From the NCBI GenBank assembly GCA_047150005.1, contig AP038806.1, positions 736,001 to 800,000 on the forward strand: a stretch of DNA of 64,000 nt. The letters are read 5' to 3'. Positions 1 to 9,745 of this stretch are shown piece after piece (positions within the stretch are counted from its first letter, which is position 1; every line of letters begins with the position of its first letter). Position numbers and translations under genes: made by a program. Source of the stretch: Nitrospira sp. GTDB taxonomy: Bacteria > Nitrospirota > Nitrospiria > Nitrospirales > Nitrospiraceae. The notes under the pieces were generated by a model. It searched no databases. It saw nothing but the letters and a program-made list of their open reading frames with translations, and was not told the DNA's origin.

Positions 1-788
1 CCCTTCAACGTATTGATTTCGCCGTTATGGCACACGTAGCGATAGGGATGAGCCAGCGGCCAGGTCGGGAAGGTGTTCGTGCTGAAACGGGAATGGACCA
101 GGGCCAACGCGCTGACCATGCGCTCGTCGTTGAGGTCCTGATAGTAGGCCGCCATCTGATGCGGCAGCAGCAAGCCCTTGTAGACAATGGTGTTCGCCGA
201 CAGACTGGGCACGTAAAAGTATTCGCGCCCCTGAATCGCCGATTCCTTGATGGCCTGTTCGACCCGCTTTCGGATGACGTACAGCTTGCGCTCGAACTGT
301 GCGTCATTGAGCACGTCGCGGGCAATGAAGACCTGGCGCATGAAGGGCTCGGTCTTCCGCGCCTGCACCCCGATGGCGTCGCTCTTCACCGCCACGTCGC
401 GCCAACCGAGCAGACGGGTGCCTTCCTCCTCGATGATCTTCGCAAACAGTTTCTCGCATTGCTTGCGGGCGTCGGCGTTCGGCGGCAGGAACAGCTGCCC
501 CACGCCGTACTCCCCGGCTCCGGGCAGCTTCACGCCGGCGTCTCCGGCGGCACGCAGCAGGAACTCATGCGGCACCTGAAGCAGAATTCCCGCGCCGTCT
601 CCGGTGCAAGGATCACAGCCTTGCGCGCCGCGATGGGTCAGGTTTTCCAGGACCAGAAGCCCCTTGCGGACGATTTCGTGTGACTTGTGTCCTTTGATGT
701 TGACGACGAACCCGATCCCGCACGAATCTTTTTCGTGTTGAGGGTCGTAGAGCCCTTGCTTCGGTGGAAGCCCTGGCAGTTCCATCAT
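1..788 (-). CDS. gltB: Glutamate synthase large subunit, N-terminal part (runs off the window edge)
   Basis: Absent from the ORF track and translated manually: [33 protein letters not shown]...[18 protein letters not shown]...[11 protein letters not shown]...[34 protein letters not shown]. These are hallmark motifs of the GltB glutamine amidotransferase domain. Confidence 0.97.
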   Translation of the reverse strand, partial: [262 protein letters not shown]

Positions 789-903
789 CGTATCTCGTGA
801 GAAAGGCAGGTCTTTTCCTGCTGGACGGAAGCCATGCCGAGAGGAACCTGGGACGTGAGAATCCCGTTTGTCCTGAAGCGATGTCCGTTCTAAATCGTGG
901 TTC

Positions 904-933
904 ACAATAATGGAAGGGTTATTCTTCTGTCAA
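904..933 (-). promoter_or_regulatory. Candidate sigma70 promoter for gltB
   Basis: The minus strand reads TTGACA-N18-TATTGT about 115 nt upstream of the gltB start. Confidence 0.5.
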
Positions 934-967
934 GCCGATGAGAGACGCGGGTTTGCGGGCGGTTCGC

Positions 968-997
968 TTGACTTTGTTTCCTTCTCTGCCCTACCAT
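968..997 (+). promoter_or_regulatory. Candidate sigma70 promoter for the polyprenyl synthase (leaderless geometry)
   Basis: TTGACT-N18-TACCAT, then 7 nt, then ATG 1005. Confidence 0.5.
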
Positions 998-1004
998 CCG
1001 CCGC

Positions 1005-2009
1005 ATGCCACAGGGTCCCGTCATCTCATCCATTCAGACCATGGCGGATGTCTGGGACGCCTATCGTCACGAGCTGGAGGGGGTCGAAGACCAGGTCCGG
1101 AAGAATCTCGACTCCAGCGTCACCCTCGTCAATACCGTCGCCGCCCACATCCTCAACAGCGGAGGCAAGCGGATCAGGCCCCTCCTGTTGTTGCTCAGCG
1201 CCCAGCTGTGCGGTTATGCCGGCCGGGATCACCATCAGCTCGGAAGTCTCGTCGAATTCATCCACACGGCGACCCTGCTCCACGACGATGTCGTGGACGA
1301 TGCGGACCTCCGCCGGGGCAGGAGAACTGCCCGTAAAGTCTGGGGAAATCAAATCAGCATCCTGGTCGGAGACTATCTCTATTCCAAGGCCATGTGCCAG
1401 GTGGTCGAGTTCCGGAGCCAGGGCATCAATGAAGTCCTCGCCGAAGCTTGCAAGAAAATGGCGGAGGGCGAAGTCCTGCAGCTTCATTACAACGGGAACC
1501 CGGCCATGCCGGAAGCGGACTATCTGAAAGTCGTGGAACACAAGACCGCCGGTCTGATCGCCGCGGCCTGCCGCATGGGAGCCATCCTTGCCGACGCGCC
1601 GGAACCACAACAGGATGCGTTGTTCCGCTTCGGGCAGTATCTCGGCATTGCGTTTCAGGTGGCGGACGACACCCTGGACTACACGGCAAACGGAGAGTCC
1701 CTGGGCAAAACGCTCGGCCAAGATCTCCGGCAAGGGAAAGCGACGCTCCCGCTCCTGCATCTGCTGCAACATTGCTCGGAGAGTGACCGGCAGATGATCA
1801 AGGACCGGATGGAAACCCGTACGTTGAACGACAACGACCTGACCCGCTTCCTCCACCTCATGGAGGACTATGGGTCCATCACCTATGCGCTGGACCGTGC
1901 GCAGGACTATATCGCCGCGGCCAAACGAGATCTCAGCTCGTTCGAAGACAGCACAGCCAAGCGAGCCCTTTCGGTGGCTGCCGACTACATGGTAACCCGC
2001 GACCGGTAA
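1005..2009 (+). CDS. ispB: All-trans polyprenyl (octaprenyl-type) diphosphate synthase
   Basis: Motifs GGKRIRP, first Asp-rich LLHDDVVD..LRRG, KTA, and FQVADDTLDY..LGKTLGQDL..GKATLP. Alternative start at 1041. Confidence 0.9.
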   Translation: MPQGPVISSIQTMADVWDAYRHELEGVEDQVRKNLDSSVTLVNTVAAHILNSGGKRIRPLLLLLSAQLCGYAGRDHHQLGSLVEFIHTATLLHDDVVDDADLRRGRRTARKVWGNQISILVGDYLYSKAMCQVVEFRSQGINEVLAEACKKMAEGEVLQLHYNGNPAMPEADYLKVVEHKTAGLIAAACRMGAILADAPEPQQDALFRFGQYLGIAFQVADDTLDYTANGESLGKTLGQDLRQGKATLPLLHLLQHCSESDRQMIKDRMETRTLNDNDLTRFLHLMEDYGSITYALDRAQDYIAAAKRDLSSFEDSTAKRALSVAADYMVTRDR

Positions 2010-2133
2010 CCGTTTTTCGCACGTGTTCCATCGCCTTCACCGGCTGGAACGGGCAACGTCGGACAAACGGCCCAACCCCTCGAGTTTGCCCAGGCACCTC
2101 TACATTTGTTCATTTGGCAGAAAAGGATGACGC

Positions 2134-3459
2134 ATGGCACACATCATTCCCTTCCGAGGCACACTGTACGATCAAGCAACCGTCGGTTCTATCCGCGAAG
2201 TGGTCGCGCCGCCGTATGACATCATCGACGCCGCCGGACAGCAAGCCCTTCACGATCGACATTCGCACAACATCATCCGCTTGGAACTCGGCACAGACCA
2301 ACCGGGGGACAGCGCCGCCGACAACCGGTACACCCGCGCCGCCGCCACCCTGCGTGATTGGTTGAAAACCGGCGCCATGAAACGGGATGCGCAGCCGGCC
2401 CTCTATTACCACACCATCGAATACCGTCCTCCGGATTCCGCGGCCGACGCGCCGGGCAGAGTGCTGCGGGGGTTTCTCATCACCACGAAATTGGAGCCGC
2501 TCGATTCCGGGCACATCTATCCCCATGAAAATACCCGTGCCGCCGCCAAGACCGACCGCCTGAACTTACTGGAGGCCTGCCGCGCGAACCTAAGCCCGAT
2601 CTGGCTGCTCTATTCCGATCCACAGAACGCCGTGCTGAGTTTGTTGGAAGACGCCGTCAAGGGCGTGCCGGCCCGCATCGACTTTCGAGACGACGCGGGC
2701 TGCCGCCAGCAGCTATGGGCCGTGACGGACCCCTCGGTGCTGACGCAGATCATCGACGTGATGGCGAGCAAACCGCTCTTCATCGCCGACGGACACCATC
2801 GGTACGAAACGGCGCTCAACTACCAACGCGCCCGCCGACAGCAAGCGGGTGGGTCTGTTTCGGGTCTCCAGCCCTATGACAGCGTACTCATGCTGTTGGC
2901 GCCCCTGGAGGATCCGGGTTTGACGGTGCTGCCCACTCACCGCGTCACCACCACCGCGCTGCCTCCCTATGAAGGCCTCAAAGGCCAATTGAGCGAGAAG
3001 TTCGCCGTCACGGAATTTCCCTTCACCCCGAACAACAGGACGGCCGTGCGGGCGCAGTTCATCGAGGCTCTCCGCAACCTCGGGCGCACGGCTCCCACGT
3101 TCGGATTGTCCGTGCGTGGCCTGCAGTCGTATGTGACGTTGACCTTGCTGCCCGCCCATCGACCGGGCGCCGAGACCTCGCCCCGAACCAGGCTCGACGT
3201 GTCGCTCCTGCAACAACTCGTGGTGCCGGTCCTCTGCGCCACACAGCAGGAGCAGGAAGCCATCGTCTATACCAAGGACGATGCCGAAGCGCTGGACTGG
3301 GCGCAGGAGGGGCCCGGCACCGGAGCCCTGCTGCTGAACGCCACCAAAGTCAGCGAGGTTCAGGCGGTGGCCGTGGCGGGCGAACGGATGCCTCACAAAT
3401 CGACCTACTTCTATCCCAAACCGCTGACGGGGCTGGTGATCAACGTCATGGAAGGGTAA
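2134..3459 (+). CDS. DUF1015 family protein
   Basis: Family-typical motifs IIPFRG, VVAPPYDII, IYPHENT, FIADGHHRYETA and C-terminal MPHKSTYFYPKPLTGL. Confidence 0.9.
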   Translation: MAHIIPFRGTLYDQATVGSIREVVAPPYDIIDAAGQQALHDRHSHNIIRLELGTDQPGDSAADNRYTRAAATLRDWLKTGAMKRDAQPALYYHTIEYRPPDSAADAPGRVLRGFLITTKLEPLDSGHIYPHENTRAAAKTDRLNLLEACRANLSPIWLLYSDPQNAVLSLLEDAVKGVPARIDFRDDAGCRQQLWAVTDPSVLTQIIDVMASKPLFIADGHHRYETALNYQRARRQQAGGSVSGLQPYDSVLMLLAPLEDPGLTVLPTHRVTTTALPPYEGLKGQLSEKFAVTEFPFTPNNRTAVRAQFIEALRNLGRTAPTFGLSVRGLQSYVTLTLLPAHRPGAETSPRTRLDVSLLQQLVVPVLCATQQEQEAIVYTKDDAEALDWAQEGPGTGALLLNATKVSEVQAVAVAGERMPHKSTYFYPKPLTGLVINVMEG

Positions 3460-3515
3460 GCGCGACCATGAACCGACACCACGCTCCGGCCGGCCCATCC
3501 CGCGGCAGCCCTCCC

Positions 3516-3545
3516 TGAGGTGCAGGCGTAGTCCCTCGCACCTCA
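3516..3545. terminator. Intergenic stem-loop between DUF1015 and the response regulator
   Basis: 8-bp stem TGAGGTGC/GCACCTCA with an inner AGG/CCT pairing. There is no U-tract, so its function is uncertain. Confidence 0.3.
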
Positions 3546-3589
3546 CCCAGACCGCCTAGCCGTCTAGAAAAGGAGGGGAAGACAAGTCT

Positions 3590-4957
3590 ATGAAAGCCAG
3601 GATCCTCATCGTCGATGACGACCCCGACATTGCCACGATGCTGGAAGATCGTCTTCAGGCCAGCGACTACGGCACCCTCGTCGCGCAGGACGGCGTACAG
3701 GCGCTTGAATTGATCGAGCAGGAGGCCCCGCAGCTCATGCTGCTGGATCTGGACATGCCCCGCCTGACTGGCTTGGAAGTCTTGAAACGGCTTCCCAAGA
3801 TCCGGGCGGCGGAGGATCTCCCGGTCATCGTCATGACCGCTCACGGGTCCATCGAGGCGGCCGTCGAGGCCATGAAGAGCGGCGCCTACGACTTCCTCAC
3901 CAAACCGCTCGACAAGGATCATCTCCTGCTGGTCATTCAGAAAGCGCTGGAGCGCGATTCCCTGAAACGGCAGGTGGCCTGCCTGAAATCAGAGATCGAT
4001 GGCCGCTATACCTCGGTCATCGGGACCAGCCCCAACATTCGTTCGGTCATGGAAGCGGCGCAACGCGCGGCAAAATCCGATGCCAGCGTGCTCCTGCTGG
4101 GCGAGAGCGGCACCGGAAAAGAACTGTTCGCCCGATCCATTCACCAATGGAGCCCGCGGCACGTCAATCCCATGATCGTCATCAATTGCGTGGCCCTTAC
4201 CGAGACGCTCCTCGAAAACGAGTTGTTCGGCCACGAGCGCGGAGCCTTTACCGGTGCCGACCGCCTGCAAAAGGGCAAGCTTGAAATGGCCGACGGAGGG
4301 ACCGTGTTCCTGGACGAAATCGGCGACATGCCGCTGGCGTTGCAAGCCAAACTGCTGCGGGTGCTTCAGGACAGGGAATTTCACCGCGTGGGAGGAACCC
4401 GCCTGGTCTCGGTCAACATCCGGATCATCGCGGCGACCAACAAGGATCTCAAGCAGGCCGTCAAGAACGGGCATTTCCGGGAGGATCTCTATTTCCGGCT
4501 GAACGTCATCACGCTGACGCTTCCGCCGCTGCGGGACCGTCCGGACGACCTGCCGCTGTTGGCCAAGTTCTTCCTGAACCGGCACGCGAAGGAGGCCAAG
4601 CGTCACGGCATGATGTTCCATCCCGAAGCAATGAACGTTATGATGCAATACACCTGGCCCGGGAATATCCGCGAACTCGACAACGTCATCGCCCGAGCCG
4701 TGATCTTGAGCCCCACGGAAATCATCGAACCGGATCTGCTGGCGATGGATGCGGCAGGACTTTCACACTCCGAATCTCTGACGTATGTCTCGCTCCCCTA
4801 CCACCGGTCGATGGAAGAGCACAGCCGGCACATCATCGACCAGGCCTTGAAACAGGCCGAAGGCAACCAGACCAAAGCCGCCGAACGGCTGCGGCTGCAG
4901 CGCACCTACCTTGCCCGGCTGATCAAGCAACAGAAGTTGAGGCAGGAGGAGCTCTAG
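3590..4957 (+). CDS. Sigma54-dependent Fis-family response regulator (NtrC/AtoC-like)
   Basis: REC domain (IVDDD, LLDLDMP, MTAHG, FLTKP), AAA+ domain (GESGTGKE, GAFTGA, FLDEIG, WPGNIREL), C-terminal HTH (GNQTKAA). AGGAGG RBS upstream. Confidence 0.95.
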   Translation: MKARILIVDDDPDIATMLEDRLQASDYGTLVAQDGVQALELIEQEAPQLMLLDLDMPRLTGLEVLKRLPKIRAAEDLPVIVMTAHGSIEAAVEAMKSGAYDFLTKPLDKDHLLLVIQKALERDSLKRQVACLKSEIDGRYTSVIGTSPNIRSVMEAAQRAAKSDASVLLLGESGTGKELFARSIHQWSPRHVNPMIVINCVALTETLLENELFGHERGAFTGADRLQKGKLEMADGGTVFLDEIGDMPLALQAKLLRVLQDREFHRVGGTRLVSVNIRIIAATNKDLKQAVKNGHFREDLYFRLNVITLTLPPLRDRPDDLPLLAKFFLNRHAKEAKRHGMMFHPEAMNVMMQYTWPGNIRELDNVIARAVILSPTEIIEPDLLAMDAAGLSHSESLTYVSLPYHRSMEEHSRHIIDQALKQAEGNQTKAAERLRLQRTYLARLIKQQKLRQEEL

Positions 4958-4974
4958 CTTCAGGCGGGGACCGA

Positions 4975-5727
4975 TCACCGAATCGGCTGGACCGTCGGCA
5001 GACGGCTCGACAGCTGAATCAGTCCCGTGGCGGCGTCATGCTCCGCCTGCGCATAGCGCTGCGGCGTCCCGATGTCCGACCAGTAGCCCCGATGTTCGAA
5101 GCCCAGGATCGGCTCGCCCCGCTGGATCGCGGCGATGTAGGCGTCGATGATCGAAGAGGCCTGCCCCTTCGGGATGTCGCGCAGAAGACGGGGATGCAGG
5201 AGGTGGAGTCCCGCAAACATGCGGGGATGCGCCAGGGTCGGCGACGAACGGCCGCGTCCGGTAATGCGGACGATCTGCTGATCGTCGTCGATTTCCACCA
5301 AGCCCCACGACGCGGCGTCGGGATCGGTCCGAACGACCAACGTGGCCGCGGCGTGATGAGCCCGATGGAAGGCGATGACGGCCTCGAGGTCGATCTCCAC
5401 AAGCGTATCGCCGTTCAAGACCAGGATCGGCTCGCCGCTGAAGTGTCCCTCGACCTGCTTGAGCGCCCCGCCGGTGCCCAGCAGCACTCGCTCGCGCGAG
5501 TAGGAAATGCGCATGCCGTATTTCGACCCGTCGCCGAGCGCCTGCTCGATCATCGGCGCGAGATGGTGCAGGTTGATGATGACGTCGCGGATTCCGTGAC
5601 GCTTCAACAAGAGCAGGTTCCAGACAATGAGCGGCGTGCCCCCCACCGGCAACAGCGGCTTGGGCATCGTGTTCGTCAGCGGCCTGAGCCTGGTGCCCAA
5701 CCCCGCCGCCAAGATCATTGCCTTCAT
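4975..5727 (-). CDS. murU: Nucleotidyltransferase, MurU-like (MurNAc alpha-1-phosphate uridylyltransferase)
   Basis: MKAMILAAGLGTRLRPLT..PKPLL, NGD and WSDIGTP motifs. Short single domain directly downstream of an AmgK-like kinase. Start trimmed to ATG 5727. Confidence 0.75.
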   Translation of the reverse strand: MKAMILAAGLGTRLRPLTNTMPKPLLPVGGTPLIVWNLLLLKRHGIRDVIINLHHLAPMIEQALGDGSKYGMRISYSRERVLLGTGGALKQVEGHFSGEPILVLNGDTLVEIDLEAVIAFHRAHHAAATLVVRTDPDAASWGLVEIDDDQQIVRITGRGRSSPTLAHPRMFAGLHLLHPRLLRDIPKGQASSIIDAYIAAIQRGEPILGFEHRGYWSDIGTPQRYAQAEHDAATGLIQLSSRLPTVQPIR

Positions 5728-5818
5728 AAATGAATGTCGTCCAGTGAATTGCACACGCTCGTGGCGGGAAGCAGCCGATGCTCGGCCTCGGCACCGGCCG
5801 GTATGACCTTGGTATCGA

Positions 5819-6922
5819 TCATTGCAATTCCGCCACGTGCGCACTGAGCAGCTTGCGGAGCCTAAACAGCTCGGGATACTTGTGCAAATTGCGCTTCACA
5901 TAGCCGAGCGTCCTGGGAATGTCGGCCAGAAACTTGGGATTGCCCTTCACTCGATCGATGTAGACGAAACGACCCGCCGCCTTTAGATTCCGTTGAATGC
6001 TCGTAAAATCGAACAGGCGCCGAAATGCGTCACGGTTCGTCCAGAGATGCCGCCGCTCCTCCAGTCGATCGAGGAAATAGTCGATCAGACGGTCGATGAG
6101 TGCTTCATCGAGCGCGATGTACGCGTCCCGCAGCAGCGAGGCCAGGTCATAGGTGGCTGGCCCCATCAGCGCATCCTGAAAATCGATGACGCCCAGCCGG
6201 CGGCCGTCGACCATCAGGTTTCTGGAGTGGTAGTCCCGGTGGACGAACACGCGCGGTTGCCCCGCTAATTGCTCGGCGATCTTCCGAAATTCATCCCGAA
6301 TCTCCGAGAGTTCACCGTCGGCCATCGGTCGGCCCCGGCGCGCCGCGATGCCGTACTCGAGAAAATGGTCGAACTCCCACATCAGCAACGGAACATCGAA
6401 GCTGCGATGAAACGCCAGGCACTGTGGATCGGCCGGTGAGGTCGCCTTGATCTGCATGTCGACCAGGATATCGACCGCCTGCCGGTACAGGGCTTCAACT
6501 TCGTTCAATTGAGCGTCCCGGCATGCCTCCGACAGCGTCAGGTCGCCCAAATCTTCCAAGTACAGCAGACCGGCCGCATGATCGTAGTAATACAACCCCG
6601 GAACCGGCACCCCGGCGTTCGCCAAATGCGTCCGGACATTGAGAAACGGAAGCTCAGTGATGTGGTGCGAGGTAGCGCTGACGGCTTCCTCGGAATGCTT
6701 GAACGCCTCCGGCTCGGCCAACTGCATCAGAATCAGCGAGCGGGGCGCGGATTCACTGAACTCAACGCGAAAATATCTCCGGTTGGAGGCATCGCCGGCC
6801 AGCGCGGTCAGCTTCTTGAACGTGCGAGGGGACGGAAGCCTGAATTTCAGCGCCTCGACGATACGGGACTTGTCCGGGGTGGCCAGCGGCTTCTGAGGAG
6901 GCGCAGGGTCGGTTGTACCCAT
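5819..6922 (-). CDS. amgK: Aminoglycoside-phosphotransferase-fold sugar kinase, AmgK-like
   Basis: LAGDASNRRYFR, LEDLGD, HRDYHSRNLM, IDFQDA..GP.TYDLASLLRD and QRNLKAAG motifs. Paired with the murU-like gene. Confidence 0.8.
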   Translation of the reverse strand: MGTTDPAPPQKPLATPDKSRIVEALKFRLPSPRTFKKLTALAGDASNRRYFRVEFSESAPRSLILMQLAEPEAFKHSEEAVSATSHHITELPFLNVRTHLANAGVPVPGLYYYDHAAGLLYLEDLGDLTLSEACRDAQLNEVEALYRQAVDILVDMQIKATSPADPQCLAFHRSFDVPLLMWEFDHFLEYGIAARRGRPMADGELSEIRDEFRKIAEQLAGQPRVFVHRDYHSRNLMVDGRRLGVIDFQDALMGPATYDLASLLRDAYIALDEALIDRLIDYFLDRLEERRHLWTNRDAFRRLFDFTSIQRNLKAAGRFVYIDRVKGNPKFLADIPRTLGYVKRNLHKYPELFRLRKLLSAHVAELQ

Positions 6923-6931
6923 CAATGTCGC

Positions 6932-6960
6932 ATTATACACAAATGCGTCGCTTTGGCGAA
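6932..6960 (-). promoter_or_regulatory. Candidate sigma70 promoter for amgK-murU
   Basis: The minus strand reads TTCGCC-N17-TATAAT, with TGTG just before the -10, 9 nt upstream of ATG 6922. Confidence 0.6.
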
Positions 6961-7053
6961 CATTTCACGCCTCCGGTACAGGCAACCGGCACCGAGCTTC
7001 CGCCGCGATCTCATCGAGACGACAACGAGGGGACCGCCGACCGACGGGAACCG

Positions 7054-7464
7054 TCATCGCTCTGCAACAGAGTTCCACGAAACAGAACCGATCGCCGCGC
7101 CGATCGTGTCGGCCACCCAATCCCATGAGCTTGCCTCGCGTAAGGGGACGAAGAATTGATGCAGCTCGTCCGTCATCGCGTACGCGGAAGCCACCGCGAT
7201 CGAGAGCAGCACCGCCTGGCGCGCCGCCGCCGGTCCGGCCGCCCAGCGGAAACCTCGATAGCACAAAACCCCAAGCACGGCATACTCCACCGCATGGAGT
7301 ACTTTGTCGCTGACCTCCTGCGTGAGGAACTGCGGCAGCTGTTCTTCCGGATGCGACTGTGAGGAAAAGTAGAAGATCAGCGCGGCATATCCTAACACCG
7401 GCGCCCAATACCACAGTGGGGACAGCCACGCGTCTTGTCTCAACGGCTCCGACGAGGTCTCCAT
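7054..7464 (-). CDS. VanZ family membrane protein
   Basis: IFYFSSQ, DKVLHAVEYAVLG and DELHQFFVPLR.S..DWVAD motifs. GGAGG RBS. Confidence 0.9.
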   Translation of the reverse strand: METSSEPLRQDAWLSPLWYWAPVLGYAALIFYFSSQSHPEEQLPQFLTQEVSDKVLHAVEYAVLGVLCYRGFRWAAGPAAARQAVLLSIAVASAYAMTDELHQFFVPLREASSWDWVADTIGAAIGSVSWNSVAER

Positions 7465-7477
7465 TTGCCTCCGTTCA

Positions 7478-7506
7478 TTGCAAGCCCTACCTCCCTATGA
7501 CATACT
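7478..7506 (+). promoter_or_regulatory. Candidate sigma70 promoter for GH57-galT
   Basis: TTGCAA-N17-CATACT with an extended TG. Confidence 0.5.
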
Positions 7507-7539
7507 CTCCGAAACTTCGCAATTCTCTCTCCGAGGCCG

Positions 7540-9744
7540 ATGAAGACCGCGCGCGTTTGTTTCGTGTGGCATATGCACCAGCCCTACTACACCAACCCGG
7601 TGTTAGCATCGGCCAGTATGCCCTGGGTCCGCCTGCATGCCACCAAGGCCTACTTCGACATGGCCTATCTGCTGGAGCGGTTTCCAGGCGTCAAGGCCAC
7701 CTTCAACTTCACCCCCTCGCTCCTCTTACAACTGCAGGAAATCGGAACGGGCCAGGTCCGCGATCTCTTCTTCGAACATGCCAAGCGGCCGGCCGAAGAC
7801 CTGCGTCCTGAAGAGAAGGCGTTTCTGATCCGACACTTCTTCTCCGCCAACTGGGCCACCATGGTGCGTCCGCATCCGCGTTACCACGAGTTGCTGGTCA
7901 AGCGGGGGCTGGAGACGGACCAGTTTCACCTCGAGCGGATCGCTCGCCAGTTTACCACTCAGGAATTTCTCGATCTTCAAGTGTGGTTCAATCTGGCATG
8001 GTTCGGCTACGGATCTCTGCACCGCTTTCCGCGGCTGGCAGCCCTGCGGGCCAAGAATCGGGGGTTCACCGAAGCGGACAAGCAAGAAGTCCTGGCCCTG
8101 CAGTTGACGGCCGTTCAACAGATCATCCCGATGTACCGCGCCCTGGCCGAACGGGGTCAGATCGAGCTGACGACGACCCCCTTTTATCATCCGATTCTCC
8201 CGCTGGTCATCGATACAGATATTACCCACCGCGCCAGGCCGGACCTGCCGCTTCCTTCGCGCTTCCGAGCCCCGGAGGACGCCGAGGCTCAGTTGCAGCT
8301 AGCGATCGAGTTCCACACCGCCGCGTTCGGCCGCCCTCCTGCCGGCCTTTGGCCCTCCGAAGGCTCGGTCTGTCCGGAATTGATTCCTCTGTTGCCGGGC
8401 ATGGGACTCACGTGGCTGGCGACCGACGAAGGCAATCTCGCCCGTTCGCTGCAGGCCTCCGGTCAGAATTGGCACCGGCCGTCTGATTTGTATCGCGCCT
8501 ATCGGACCGGTCCGCCGGACGGCGAGATGACGATCGTGTTTCGAGACCGCGATCTCTCAGATGCCTTCGGATTCATCTATCACAAGACCACACCGGACGT
8601 GGCGGCGGAAGACGTGCTCCGGCGGCTGCGTCAGATCGTGCGGGACGTCCCGCACGACAGGGTGCTGGTGCCGATCATCCTGGACGGGGAAAACCCGTGG
8701 GAGCATTACCACGAAGGAGGCGAGCAGTTCCTGTCGGCTCTCTACACGGCCTTCGAGCGACAGGCTCTGCATGAGGCGGGCGCGGTCGAAACCGAGACGG
8801 CCACCGTCTCGGAGGCGCTCGCCTCGATGCCGCCGTCCACCCACTTGCACCACCTCCATTCGGGCTCGTGGATCAATCAGGATTTCAAGATTTGGATCGG
8901 ACATGAGGAGGACAACCAGGGATGGAATCTCCTCAGCCATACCCGCTCGCACCTGATTGAACGGACACCTGCGCTTTCGCCTGAACGCGCCAAGGCCGCC
9001 TGGCACGAACTCTACGCGGCGGAAGGCAGCGATTGGTTTTGGTGGTACGGAGACGATTTCGACACGGCGTACAAAGAAGAGTTCGACCGTCTGTTTCGCA
9101 CACACCTGAGAAACGTGTGGACGCTCACCGGCACGACGCCCCCCGATATGCTCAACCAACCGATCTGCGGCGTGCGGACCGGCTCGACAACGGACCGCCT
9201 CACCTACCCTGTGTCATTCCTGCACCCGGCCCTTGACGGACAGGTAACCGATTTCTTCGAATGGCGGGGGGCCGGCACGATCAACACGCAGCCGCCGCTA
9301 GGCGCCATGTGGAAGGCCGATGGACTGTTCGTCGGAATCTACTTCGGATGGGATCTCGACCATTTGTTCTTCCGTCTCGATCCCGAAAACGGCGAGCAGG
9401 CGCGCCGCGAGACGCTGCAGGTCGAAATACAGTTGCAGGGCCAGACGCAGGCCTTCCGCCTGACTTGGCCCATGAACGAGACCGGAACAGTGGAATATAC
9501 GTTGGCCCGCCGTATGCCGGAAAGCACCTGGCAGGAGATCGGACCGTCGCGCCTGTTCTGCCGGAAGACGATTACCGAGCTGGCGATCTCCTTCAAGGAA
9601 CTCGGGGTGGAGGCCGGCCATGTATTGCGGATCAGCTTCGTCGTTCTGGAACGGGGACTCGAGATTGCGCGGTATCCCCACCACCAGCCGGCCGAGGTAA
9701 CGGTTCCCGGACCGGATTACGAATCCGCCTTGTGGCGAGTGTAA
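7540..9744 (+). CDS. Glycoside hydrolase family 57 (amylopullulanase/alpha-amylase-like)
   Basis: GH57 conserved regions WHMHQP, TTPFYHPILP, GLWPSEG, ILDGEN.WE and AEGSDWFWW. Confidence 0.92.
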   Translation: MKTARVCFVWHMHQPYYTNPVLASASMPWVRLHATKAYFDMAYLLERFPGVKATFNFTPSLLLQLQEIGTGQVRDLFFEHAKRPAEDLRPEEKAFLIRHFFSANWATMVRPHPRYHELLVKRGLETDQFHLERIARQFTTQEFLDLQVWFNLAWFGYGSLHRFPRLAALRAKNRGFTEADKQEVLALQLTAVQQIIPMYRALAERGQIELTTTPFYHPILPLVIDTDITHRARPDLPLPSRFRAPEDAEAQLQLAIEFHTAAFGRPPAGLWPSEGSVCPELIPLLPGMGLTWLATDEGNLARSLQASGQNWHRPSDLYRAYRTGPPDGEMTIVFRDRDLSDAFGFIYHKTTPDVAAEDVLRRLRQIVRDVPHDRVLVPIILDGENPWEHYHEGGEQFLSALYTAFERQALHEAGAVETETATVSEALASMPPSTHLHHLHSGSWINQDFKIWIGHEEDNQGWNLLSHTRSHLIERTPALSPERAKAAWHELYAAEGSDWFWWYGDDFDTAYKEEFDRLFRTHLRNVWTLTGTTPPDMLNQPICGVRTGSTTDRLTYPVSFLHPALDGQVTDFFEWRGAGTINTQPPLGAMWKADGLFVGIYFGWDLDHLFFRLDPENGEQARRETLQVEIQLQGQTQAFRLTWPMNETGTVEYTLARRMPESTWQEIGPSRLFCRKTITELAISFKELGVEAGHVLRISFVVLERGLEIARYPHHQPAEVTVPGPDYESALWRV

Positions 9745-9745
9745 A

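Noticed and set aside
27..683. 218-aa plus-strand ORF
   Set aside because: Antisense shadow of gltB, which the ORF track missed because it runs off the window edge.
2010..2133. GGGCAA...TTGCCC pairing upstream of DUF1015 as a riboswitch
   Set aside because: Short pairing with no match to an aptamer consensus I can recognise in the sense orientation.
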